Assembly: GCA_002269645.1 (NCBI GenBank)
Contig: NIVC01000293.1
Span: 248,001-312,000, forward strand
Direction: 5' to 3'
DNA: 64,000 nt
From: Macrostomum lignano
Lineage: Eukaryota
The position numbers were made by a program, and so were the translations under genes. Shown one piece after another: positions 13,152-24,669 of the stretch. How positions within the stretch are numbered: position 1 is the stretch's first letter; every line of letters starts with the position of its first letter. The notes under the pieces were generated by a model. It was not told the origin of the DNA, ran no database searches, and worked only from the letters and a program-made list of their open reading frames with translations.

Positions 13152-14410
13152 TTTTTTTTGGAGGCTGAATTTCTCATTAGCGTATACTGCAGCATACATT
13201 GAAATATTCTTATCATTGAATGCAGATCATTTTTCAGAGTGTTTTCGTATTTTTTCCAATTTTTTACCACTATATAATGTTGGTCTAGCTTAGTATTGTT
13301 TAACAATGTCTGGAGACTTCGTTTATATATCTATTATGTATAGCTGGTAGGCCTAAGCTAGGCCTGGTATGAAGACCTATAGCTATACTATGCAAGATAT
13401 ACCTACATTGTCTAGTTATAGGCCCTAGCTAGCTACTGTTTAGTTTAGCATTACCATTGGCATTAGTTAGTAAGTCTATAGGCTATATTGCTTGCTCTTT
13501 GTTTTATGGATTATAGATTATAGATTATGGACTAGGCCCCTATGGATTATAGATAGGATAGGCTAGAATAATAATTTTATAGTCATATATAGGTTGATTA
13601 ATTACATACTGATCTTAATAATGAGATTAATAAATAGCATGTAGGCCTATATATGTAGCATAAATTATAAGCTATAATTATCAACATAGGCCTATAAATT
13701 TATTGGCTCTAGGCCTACTAATATTTATTTTAGCATATATTAACTATATATTAATATATTTTTTGCTAACTTACATTATACTTATAGCTTATATTATAAA
13801 ATAAATGTAAATATAACTCTGAATAGGAATTTAGAATTATTAATACATTTTATGTATCCAGTTTTCTAATTTTTAGTCTTTTAGATTAGATTCTACATTT
13901 TGCCAATTGTAGACTCAAGACTCTACTTATTTTATATCTATAATAGTCTAAAAAGCTATCAAATTATATGATTAAGCCTAAACAAAACTTTACTAGGGCC
14001 TAATGATAGGTTTTGTTATATCATAACTTTAATAGGGGCTTATCATGAAATCTATCCAGAGTTTGGTTCTAAAATTGTTGATTGGCTTATATTTAATAAT
14101 AGATTAAAAGCTTTATTAAACTCTATGATTAACTCTACTCTACATTATAGTCATTTTCTTTCTTTTTTAGAATTGTCTTGCTTAAGCAATTAAACAAAGA
14201 TATATATATTTGTATGATTTGATATAGGCCTACTTATATATGTTATGTTTATTGAATCTATAATGCATTAATATTTTTGCTATTTAACTTATATACATTC
14301 AAAATTATAATATTACATTTTATATTCTTTCAGAGGCATGTAGGGCCTACCCTGTTTTTGTCAATGTTTCTATTAAGTTAATATATAGAATTTGGTATCA
14401 ATTTTTTGTT

Positions 14411-17273
14411 ATGCCACGGAAGTGTTGTATACCACTTTGCAAGTCCAACTATGATGCTGGTCCTAAAGCTGTAGTATATAGATTTCCATCAGACAAAGAT
14501 GAGTTTAGACGTTGGTTAGGTGCACTTCCATCACAAGTCAAGGTAAGAAAATAGTTTGTTATAATTTTTATATTATATAGGCTATATGCCAAAAGGAAAT
14601 CTATCAATATTTTCCTTTTATTCATGTAGAATGTTACAAGGCACATGGGAATTTGTGACAAACATTGGCCTCATGATGCTCCACGTATAAAGATTAAGCG
14701 TTTCTTTCGACCAGTAGGACCACCTTCAATATTCTCTTTGCCTACAAGTTCTATTCGCCAGACATTTCCAGGTAATAGGCTTTAAATTTGCATAAGTCTA
14801 TTTAGGTATAATGTCTCAATTAGTCAATTATTTAATATATTTCTTTCTTTACTTTAATAGTCACTTCTAGACAATCTGCACATCGTGGCATTCTGTGTGG
14901 TCAACGCAATAAGCTTGCTGATGAAATAGATGCCTTCAATGCCAAGGACAGAATTCAGAATTGGGAGACATTTATTAGCCATATAATGCAGAATCTATTA
15001 CCTACAATGCCTGGCTGGCTATTGCAAAGAGAAGAAAGTTATGTACAATTGCTTTCTATTTGTCAACGCAATGTTGAATTTTCTGTTACTGTGGATTCCA
15101 ACTTTAAAATAGCAGCTTTTCGAAGAAACACTGAAGTCAAGACATCAGACCTCCTTGGTTTCCAAAACCATTTAGAACGCTTTTCCCAGCTTGAAGCTAT
15201 CATCAATAGAGTGAAGCAGACTGATCTGTCAATCAAAGATGAAATCTCAGCCCATGTCAAGGACTTGCAGTCAGTTTGCAGTGATGCTGGGGCTACCAAG
15301 CAGCAATTCCTTCTTAGACAGCTACAACTTAGTACATATGAGTCATCTTCAATGCGGTACACATTTGAGGACATCCTGTTGTCTGCTCGCATGTTTTTCT
15401 CTGGACGAGCTGGCTATTGTGCAGCAAGAGGTATTTTGACATTGCCACACCCAGTTACTCTAAAGCGCTATTTTGGTGGACTGGGCACAGTTGGGACTGA
15501 TGCTGATTGCCAGAAGCTAGTTGAAGCACAGTTATCTGCAGCCACACAATCTCAAAAGTGTTGCTCCATTATATTTGATGAAGTGTATGTCCCGCCCTCG
15601 CTACGACTTCGTGGAGGTCACATCATTGGCTATTCAGAGGATGACCCAGCAAAGTTGGCTCGCACAGTTTTGGCCATAATGGTAAAACCTTTAATGGGTG
15701 CCATACCTTATGTTGCTCGACTTGTGCCTATCTACAGTCTTAAGCCACACTTTTTGTACGAACAAATCGCACGACTCATTTCTATTATTCATAATTGTGG
15801 TGGAGTAGTCATCAGTTTGATCTGTGACAACCATTTCACGAATCGTAACTGCTTTGAATTGTTCAGTCCTGATCCTGCAACACCATGGAAGGCTGCTAAT
15901 CCAGCAGATCCTACACAGCCACTATTTCTGCTGTATGACACAGTTCACTTGATTAAAAACATTCGCAATAATTGGCTCACCCAGTCACATGGTGAAATTG
16001 ACTTCCAACTACCAGGTGAACATGGAAGTTCTCGTGCTAAATGGAGCCACATTGTTGACATTGAAGTTCGCAGTCGATCGCACATCATCCGTCCAACTAC
16101 ATTGACTTCTGTTTCGTGTTGTCCCACGCCACTTGAGCGGCAAAAAGTCAGTCTTGTCCTTGATGTGTTTAGTGAGAAGACTGTAGCTGCATTGCAAGTC
16201 GTAAGACATGTGGATACTGCCAATTTCGTTGCCAAAGTGGTAGATTTTTGGAAGATCGTAAATGTCAAAACACCGGATGCGCATGTATTGCTCAATGATA
16301 TTAGAAGAACACCAATATCCTCACCAGATGCTGCTAATTTACATGTTCTACTCAACTTTGCTTCCATAATTGGTCGAATGGCAGGTGGACGTGGTCCCTG
16401 CCGCCCGCGTTCCTTGACTACAGAGACCCAGAAAGCTGTTGTCCAAACATCGAGGGGTCTCGTTGAGATGTCACAGTATCTACTATCTCACTTCCAATTT
16501 AAATATGTCATGCTAGGTATGAATAGTATTAGGCATTAACTTGCTTAATCTAGGTAATGTATCTCTTAATGTTTATGCTATTAGCTATTTTTCTTATCCT
16601 TTTTTCAGGTGACTTTCAATCGGATCGGCTGGAGAAGGAATTCTCTATCTATAGGCAAGGCCATGGAGGTTGCTATTTCGTATCCGTGGAACAAATACTT
16701 ATGAGTGCTCGACTTCGTCGCATGCAAGTGTACGCACGTCTTAAGGAGGATTCTCCAGAACATGAGCGATCTGACTGTTGCGACAATGAAGCGTCTGAGG
16801 CTGAACTGTTACAACTGGATGGCCTATGTGCCAATATGGAATGTATTTCGGAGGAAGAGAAAGTAACGTTGTACTACATTTGCGGATACGTGGCGCGCAA
16901 AGAAGTCATCGTTGATGACCTGGATTGTGAGGTTTCCGATGAATGCGCAATTGGCGACAGCGAGTTCACGAATCTGCTCTCGCGCGGTAAGCTCCGGCAC
17001 CCCCCTAAATGGCTTCTAGTATTTGCGTCTTTGTGCTATGCTCTCTTTATAAAGGCAAATCTGACTTGTGTCAATCGTGCACGAAAGTTTTTTTCCCTTG
17101 TCTTCGATTCATATATGGATGTTGCCAAATGTGCTGACGTTAGTGTAGGTCGAATTTCAAAACGCTTTGCGAATGTCTTTTTTAAAGGACTTGTGCGTCG
17201 CGAATCAGTTGCATCCCGTGTAACCCCAAATGCCGATGCGCGCAGACTTCGCAAACTCTCCAATCCTATGTAA
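14411..17273 (+). CDS. THAP-domain P-element-type transposase, 4 exons, apparently intact
   Basis: MPRKCCIPLC...YRFP...W...CDKHW is a THAP finger. Core motifs are IIFDEVYV, ICDN, YDTVHLIKNIRNNW and GDFQSDRLEKEFSIYRQ. Canonical introns lie at ~14543-14630, ~14772-14860 and ~16518-16608. Confidence 0.88.
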
Positions 17274-17295
17274 TATTAATAAAAATTGACATTCA

Positions 17296-17452
17296 CTTTT
17301 TTTACCAGATGCCACCTGTCTATAAAGCGTGCCGATGTTCTTTGCCATTGTACTCTTTTTGCAGACGCCACCTGTCTATAAAGCGTGCCGATGTTCTTTG
17401 CCATTGTACTCTTTTTGCAGATGCCACCTGTCTATAAAGCGTGCCGGTGTTC
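17296..17452 (+). repeat. ~56-bp tandem repeat, about 3 copies
   Basis: cagatgccacctgtctataaagcgtgccgatgttctttgccattgtactctttttg is repeated. Confidence 0.85.
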
Positions 17453-18658
17453 CTAACTGTGTCCAGTTTCAGACAGTAATTTCATTGTTTTTTCGGTTGT
17501 TGGTTAGTCACTCTTAAGAAAACACCCTTAATCTTAAAAATTAAAACACAAATGATCCTGTAGACTGTTGTCACTTGATAAGGGCTGAAAACGTCCTATC
17601 ACCTGTTTTGCCTTATACACCCTAGCTCAATTTCAACAGAAGTGCATTTGTTGTTTTATGCAATATAAGCAAGTTGTCTTTATACAGTAGTTCAGTACAG
17701 TAGTAAAAATTTTTTGATGTACGTTTTTGTTTATATTTTTGAAAGTGTTTCGCATTTGCTTTATACAAGAAACCTGTTATACCAATTTAGTCTATACCCT
17801 TTGCATACATTTCGATAAAAGCCTATAATATTAAAATGATATAAAAAAACATAATTGAATACTTTGACTTAAAATTATTATTCTCTAAATCTTTGTCTTA
17901 TTTCGTCTTTTGACTCTTTTTATCCGATGCGATGGGCACAGAACCAGTGGTATCTATACCTGTACGTCTGCGATATGTTTTTCGTATGCCCAGGTTAAAG
18001 GTTCGCTCCACAGAGACAATCAACGGGGTAATACTGAAGCATCGTTTAAAGTAGGTGCTATATTAAAGTAAACAGCCATATTTTATGCCATAGTGTCGCA
18101 CTTCGAAACTCACCAGACAAAAGCTAGTTCTCGTCGCTTGAAACCAATTTTTTAAGTTTCTACATCGTTTTAATCATACATTACATATCTCACACCAACA
18201 AGGACTAAGTTATGCGCATCCTGTGAAAAAACTACACTTCGGCGAGTTTCTGGAGTCGGGCTGCATAAAATTGAATATTCAGCCTCCAATAAAATTTGCA
18301 CGTTTTGCGCGTGTCGCGTCCTTCTACTTAAGTAGTCCGTGTGAATAGGATGCTTGAGTTTTGTAACAGAAATGGGCAAAAATGAAACAGAATCGGAATT
18401 GAATCCGACTAAAGTAACGACTTTAGTAAAGCAATGTAAATGTTTACAAGTTTGCTATTTGAAATCATCAATGAAGCATTGTTTCAATGTTCAGACAAAC
18501 AGTTATGTTGTATGTTTTATGTTATAAATGACTATGTTGTAGTTATGTTGCAACGTAAGCGTTTTGAACTATCAAAATTATATCAAGATGCTTCTATCAA
18601 GCATCAACCAAACAAGTTAGAAAGATTAGTAAGAATTAAAACGGATTAACAATTAACG

Positions 18659-19810
18659 TTAATTGTACTTCAGAGAGAAATTGTGCAGGCAGCATATTGA
18701 TTCAATTAGCTTGCAGGTGGACTCCATGCTGTCCGAATTTATGTAATTGATTCGTTGCCATCGACTTGATAAAATTCCAAAAGTTCTCTCGACACACTGA
18801 CGCAGTTTACTAAGCTTCTTATTGAACTGTTTTTTCCCCGGAGAAAGATTGCGTCCCTTATATGGTGTTAGCAAGTAGTCGGAACATGGATATGCCGAAT
18901 CACCAATCAGAAGAAATCCCCACTGGACGTGTAAATGCTGTATTTCTTGTCGAGCAGAAGAATATTGAAAAGCTCTTGCATCGTTCGAACTACCGGGCCA
19001 GCCAATGAAGTAGTCAATGATGTAGGTCGAACTGGTGCTAATTACCTGTAACTTGACGGAATGAAATTGCTTCCTGTTGTAATATGACTCGCCATTGTCA
19101 GACGGACATCTTATTTTGACTTCCTTTACGTCAATGGCACCAATAATACTTGCTGTAAAGAAATTTCTAGATCGCTGACTGAATAACTGAGCATGCTTGT
19201 GGCACTCTTCATAGGATGGAAATCGAACCAGATCTCTGCAAAATCCACTCTCGGACATTGCACTTAGAACCCTTCGGATTATAAGATAAACCGTGCTCTT
19301 AGATAAGTCAAAAACTGTTCCAATAGATTCGTAGGACTCCTGGGTTGCTAAATAGCGAAGAAAAACCAAGACCATTGAAATAGCGGTCGTTCCTTTTGGC
19401 GAATGCAGAGTTAGGAACGTTGCTAGTTGCAGAACTAACGACTGGACAGCAGTTCGAGGCAATCTAAAATAATCTCGGAACTGGTAGTCGTTGAAGTGGT
19501 AAACAGTAGTCTCAACGAACTCGGCTACTTTTGCTCTAGGTTCCTTAATGGACCTGGCTACAATAGCTTGAACTTCACTTACAGAGTCACATTGTTGCTG
19601 TACAAAGTCACGAACTTCACCAGTAAAAGAATTTGCTGGTTCGATTGCAAAATTTAAATAATAGAGGACAGCAATATACAATCTATAGACAATATGATTT
19701 GGTATACTTCGTATATAAGTTGACTGTGATGAATAAAAAATAGTGACAATTAATTTCAACCAATCAAGAAACAAGTCAACAGAAGCAAAAAAATATGACA
19801 AATTAAGCAC
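18659..19810 (-). CDS. Harbinger (DDE_Tnp_4-like) transposase; true start uncertain
   Basis: Motifs IGAIDVKEV, FIGWPGSSNDARAF, LIGDSAYP, LLTPY and RQCVERTFGIL give an intact D-D-E triad. Confidence 0.92.
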   Translation of the reverse strand: MLNLSYFFASVDLFLDWLKLIVTIFYSSQSTYIRSIPNHIVYRLYIAVLYYLNFAIEPANSFTGEVRDFVQQQCDSVSEVQAIVARSIKEPRAKVAEFVETTVYHFNDYQFRDYFRLPRTAVQSLVLQLATFLTLHSPKGTTAISMVLVFLRYLATQESYESIGTVFDLSKSTVYLIIRRVLSAMSESGFCRDLVRFPSYEECHKHAQLFSQRSRNFFTASIIGAIDVKEVKIRCPSDNGESYYNRKQFHSVKLQVISTSSTYIIDYFIGWPGSSNDARAFQYSSARQEIQHLHVQWGFLLIGDSAYPCSDYLLTPYKGRNLSPGKKQFNKKLSKLRQCVERTFGILSSRWQRINYINSDSMESTCKLIESICCLHNFSLKYN

Positions 19811-20542
19811 AATATATAAATTAATAACTAGTAATGTCCAATGACAATGAATGAGAGCTAATTACTATATTCAAACAAGCAAAAGAATAAAAAACAAGGC
19901 AAGTCAGTCAACAATACATTGAGAAAAAAATAGGCCAGTTAGCAATAAAATAATATGATTCAACCAAAGTGAATAATTCCTTTGTATGATAGAAAGACAA
20001 TACTATAGAAAACTATAGATACTATATTATAGAATACAATATACAATACTATACTATAGAATAAATAGAAAGACAAAACTATAACATGAAGTTCACTCAG
20101 ATACTATATTGAAGAATAAGAACCAAGCTGAAATAGTGACTATATTCCAAGTCCAAATAAACTACTACGTAATAACAATTAATAAATAAACAATATTAGT
20201 ACTAAGCAATTATTCAAAGACTATTATGACGGGCAGCGAACTGAGCAAAAAGACGTGAAAGCAAATGATAGAACAAAGGTGAAGAATACAAAATATACAA
20301 TTACGATAAATGTGGTAATTGCGAGCGAAGTTAAAACGGTGCCTAGGCGTTCAGGTTGAGTTGGAAGAAGTATAGGCGACGTTTTTTTAATCTTAGACCG
20401 GTTTTAGAAATTGAATTAATTCTTAATTGTAATTTGACTATCATTTACCTAGATTATTTTTACATTTAGTCTGCTTAACATTTGTTTTACTAAGGACGTT
20501 AAAATGGCAGTTTAAGTCATTTTAAGTCACTCGAACGCACCC
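19712..20542 (-). repeat. Right long TIR of the Harbinger (~830 bp)
   Basis: Inverted match to 3470-3703 + 10632-11111. Confidence 0.85.
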
Positions 20543-20544
20543 AT

Positions 20545-21563
20545 TGTGGTAGGGCGCACTACCACGTTTGGTACAGGTGACCTCACCGCAATGACTCTCG
20601 CGTTCTGTGTCACCCGTTGCGCCGTCCCATGTCCCATCCCTCGCCCCATCTTTTGCCGTCGCGCGTAATTTTTTGTTATTCTCATTCCCGGCTTTGATGT
20701 CGTCCGATGCCCATCCTTCGCCCCATCTCCTGCCCCATCCTTCGCCTTCCTGCCCCATCTGCTGCTCCATCCCCGTCCGGATGACATCGCCCCACTATTT
20801 ATTAAGGCCATTTAGGGCCGCAAGTTTTCATCCTTCCTTTCCCCTGCCTCCTACTTGTTCGTTTTCCGTTCCGTTCCGCTTCGTGTACCCTCGTGTACTC
20901 GTCTGTTTAGTGTTTAATTTCCTGTTGTGCTCGAAGTTAAATTAGTACTTATTTAGTCTCGATCTACTAGTTTGTTCAGTTAGTCGTCCCACCCGGCACC
21001 GGCCGAGGATCAATCGTCTGAATTCAACTTTATTTTGCCAATTTACGCCTGCTAGTACAACATGAATAAATAATATTAATTAACTAATAATTAAGTCTAT
21101 CTCGTTAACGAAGCCCATAATAGTTATCTTGAGTCATTTGCCCGTGGGGCGTTAAACAACCGAATCGATCTCAACTCTAAGCGAGCTCTGAGATCCCAAC
21201 GTTCCGTAATACGGATCAAATTACGGTGGTGGCAGCGCTACTCTACGGACAGTAATCAGTACGACAATTCAAAAGCAGATTTACGGTGTCAAGACCAATT
21301 GAGTCTACGGATCTGAACGACCGGGCCGCTATACGACCGCTCCGCTACGATTACAACTACCCTCCCCCCGGACTTGAGAACCCGGCTGTCGGAGTAAAAC
21401 AGGAGAAGAAATTTCGTTGTGATTCGTCTGCGCGTTTTTCCGGTTTTTATTCGTGCGAACTCAACGCCGGCGGCAATTCAAACGAGGAATCCGCCCCACC
21501 TCACTGGTGTCAGCAAATTCAAAAACAACCGTTCTAAGAAAGTTCTTCTCCACCCCCACCTCA
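20545..21563 (+). mobile_element. Solo LTR 'A', inserted in LTR B
   Basis: TGTGGTAGGGCG...CGCCCCACCTCA form an imperfect terminal IR. TSD is TTAT (3465-3468 / 21564-21567, across the Harbinger). It has a TATA-like box near 20797, AATAAA, and an internal CA+PBS at 21503-21513. Confidence 0.9.
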
Positions 21564-23372
21564 TTATTAAACCACCTTTTGACCCATTCCCGCTGTCCCC
21601 AGTTTTGGTCCTCTGTGTCCACCCGTTGCCCCAGTTGTTGGTTTATTTCGTCATTTTTCCCCGTTCTTGCGATGGTTTTCCCACTCCTTTTTCTGGTCTT
21701 TTGCGTCCCTCCTTTGGAAACTTTGTTTATCGCCCTATCTTTCCGTGTTAATTTTGTCTGTTCGTTGCTTGGACCCCGTGACCACCTTTTGCCACCAATG
21801 TTTGACCCCATTTGTCCATCTTTTGCGTTTTCAATCTCTATATAATGGTGCCCCTAGAGCTGCCCAAATTTTTGGACCTTACTTTGATTTTAATCTTTCT
21901 TTAAGGTTCTTTGCGTTTTCTTTCTCCTTGCCCACCCTCGCTCTCTCTCCCCATTCGATTTAACGACTAATATTTAATTCTCACAACTTATTCACAACTA
22001 GCGTTAAGCCGTTTGTTTTATCCAGTCGTGCACCGCGGCACCAGCTAATCATCCGCCGGAGTAAGGTTCGGTCCCTTCTACTATTTACTACTTGAACTCT
22101 TACGAGCTAATAAAACAGTTGATCTGACGCTAATTTTCATTAATAACCCGAAGCCTAGTTTATTTGGAGTCATTTGCCCGTGGGGCGTAAAACAACCCAG
22201 TCTCATCTCGAAGCAAGCTCTGAGACCCCAACGTTCCGTAATAAGCGAATTACGGTGGTGGCAGCGCTACTCTACTGTTAGTAACAAGTTACGTCAAACA
22301 TACGAGATACGATCAATTCGGTGTCTGAGGATCCGCTCTGAACGCTCGCGTCAACGAAGACCGCTCGACTACGACTAAACTACCCTCCCCCCGGGATTGA
22401 GGACCCCGGCAGTCGGAGTAACTAAGGAGAAGATTCGTTGTGATTCGTCTGCGCGATTTTTCCGGATTCAATTCGTGCGAATTCAACGCCTTTCGGTTTC
22501 GCAGAAACCCAAACTTTTTTTCAAAACTACCAACTTTCAATTTTTTTTAAATCTTTCTCCGCCCCACCTCACATGCACAAGAAACATTAATTTTTGACTT
22601 TTCGTATCCATCCAGTGAATATTGGCGCATCATTTTCCGTCAAGTGGCCGCCCAGCCACTGTTTTTAGTTTTCCACTTGTTGCTAAAACGCGCTCCCTTG
22701 CGATGGATTTTTGTTAAAGTTTTCTTCTTTTTCTTTGCGGCAAGCCGTCCACTTAAAGTTTCCACGCATTGAAACTTTGCTCCATCGGCCTGTCCAGTTT
22801 ATCTTCCAAACGATGTGCATGTAATTCGCTCTTTATTTATAATCTGCGCACGATGAGTTGTTTTCTAACTCTTTTGGCCTTCAACCCCCCCCCCCCCTGT
22901 TTCCTTGATCTACCTTTTGGTTCACTAAATCTAATTTTCGTTATTTTCTAAGTTTATTTAGCGCACCGGCGCCCGTCAACATCTCCGTCGTCTGAAATAT
23001 TAAAGTTACTAATCATAAGCCTGCATTATTATTAATAAACCAAGCCTATAAACCTTTATTCCGAGTCATATTTAATCTGTTGACATAAGCCATAGCATTT
23101 TTTGAGTCATTTGCCCGTGGGCGTAAAATAAACAAGTTCTCGTCTCAAAGAAAGCTCTGAGACTTATCCGTTCCGTAATACGTAAATTACGGTGGTGGCA
23201 GCAACTGAAATTAACCAGTTCAACACATCGGCGCATTAATTTACGGAGCCAGAATCTTCGGTGTCTACACTGAACGACCGTGCCGCTCTACGACCGCTCC
23301 GCTGCGATTACGACTACCCTCCCCCCGGACTTGAGAACCCGGCAGTCGGAGTAAAAGGAGAGAATTTTCCTG

Positions 23373-24512
23373 TGTAGTGAGTCGCTAGTTTAGTTAGGCG
23401 CCGCACTAGTCAGCTGTTGCCCTCGCCTTCTCCTCAGGTTTCTGTCTGCCGCTGGGCAGTTGCCTGTCCCTCCCGCCTGTCCCCTGGCCTGTCCTCTGCC
23501 CGTTTGTCTGTCTGTCTGTTTGTCCTCGTTTGCCCCCTTTTGTCTCGTTTTCCCTTTTTGCAGTGCCCAGACAGCTTGGTCTGGCCTGCCTCTGTTTCGT
23601 TCTCTGTCAAGCATCTCCAAATTTGGAGTGCCTTTCTGTTTTCCGGTCCCACGGTCACGAGTGCCTTCACTTGTGGGCCGTTTCCCCTTGTCATGTGAGT
23701 CAGTCACATGACAAGGCCCTCTTCCTTCTTTAGTCCAAAGTGCAATGATTTCATCATTGTACGCTGGGCTCGTGTTTATGGGGAGATCACGTGCGCCCGG
23801 ACCCCCCCCCCCTTGCCTCCTCTGAGGCAGGGCCCGCTTGTTTGTTGCTAAAAATAGCAACAGAGTCACTTATGACGCTCAGCGGGGGCCTTTCGTAATG
23901 TGGTGCAATCGATCCTCCCTATAAATGCAGCCCCTCTCCTGGCTTGGCTCAGACAAGCCTTCCTTTCCTTCCGTTAACCGTTCCTTCCGTTTCAAGCGTT
24001 TCTACGTTTTCCGCGTTCCGTTTTCGTTTCTAGCGAACACTAAGTTGTGTGCCAAGTTGGCGCTTAAGTTGAACTCCAAGGCTCCCGACTTTGTGCGTGA
24101 CTGCCTCTGATTGTTCCTGCTATCAATTAGCAGGCCAGCTCAGATCGCCCGAAGCTAGCACTTTCGCTCTCACCCCGCACTAGCCCGGCAGGGACTGCTG
24201 ACGGTGGGCACCTCTGCGCGAGAACTGCTAAATCTGCACGAAGTGCGAGTCTCTTTCTCTCGTCTTAGTTATTTGCTTCTACGAGCTCAGCACCTCACCG
24301 AAGGCTGCGACTCTGCGAATCTGGTGGCAGCACTACCGACGCTACTAGATCAACCCGGAGACTTCCCAGAGGAGCTCCAGGGAGGCAGCTCACGTGACTG
24401 ACAGGGAAGTAACTGGAACCAAATACTTCATTGGTGGCAGCGGTGGGATCTGCACTAAGACCTGCCAGGCCACCTCTAGACGCTATCGAGGAAAGTACAA
24501 GCAAGTACTTCA
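23373..24512 (+). mobile_element. Solo LTR 'F' of a second Gypsy-like family, inserted in the U5 of LTR C
   Basis: TGTAGT...ACTTCA with TSD CCTG (23369-23372 / 24513-24516). TATAAA lies near 23920. An 18-nt PBS TGGTGGCAGCGGTGGGAT is at 24432-24449. Confidence 0.88.
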
Positions 24513-24669
24513 CCTGTTGAGTTTCGTCTGCGCGATTTTCCGGTTTTACACGTGCGAACTCAACGTCGGCGGCAATTCAAACGTGGAATCCGCCCCACCT
24601 CACTGGTGTCAGCAAAATTTCAAAACCGAGAACTACCAAAAAAATTCTTCTCCACCCCCACCTCACATG

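Larger units (their letters stand above)
3470..20542. mobile_element. PIF/Harbinger DNA transposon, 17 kb including nested elements
   Basis: Termini are GGGTGCGTTCGA... / ...TCGAACGCACCC with a 3-bp TSD ATT (3467-3469 / 20543-20545). It encodes a Myb/SANT protein and a Harbinger DDE transposase. Confidence 0.92.
3394..22571 (+). mobile_element. Solo LTR 'B' (pieces 3394-3468, 21568-22571), inserted in LTR C
   Basis: Starts TGTTGCATTTGGGGCTGCCAC and ends CCCCACCTCA. TSD is CATG (3390-3393 / 22572-22575). The rejoined 5' part aligns with copy B' at 33953-34030. Confidence 0.85.
3336..24665 (+). mobile_element. Solo LTR 'C' (pieces 3336-3393, 22576-23372, 24517-24665), split by nested insertions
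   Basis: Starts TGTGGCAG and ends CCCCACCTCA. TSD is CATG (3332-3335 / 24666-24669). The rejoined length is about 1.0 kb. It has the family core at 23104 and an internal PBS at 24604. Confidence 0.85.

Noticed and set aside
21350-21400. Twister-ribozyme resemblance on the minus strand (CCGGGTTCTCAAGTCCGG-GGGGAGGG)
   Set aside because: There is no P1 helix or UAA cleavage motif and the T2 pairing fails. A plain bulged stem explains the sequence.
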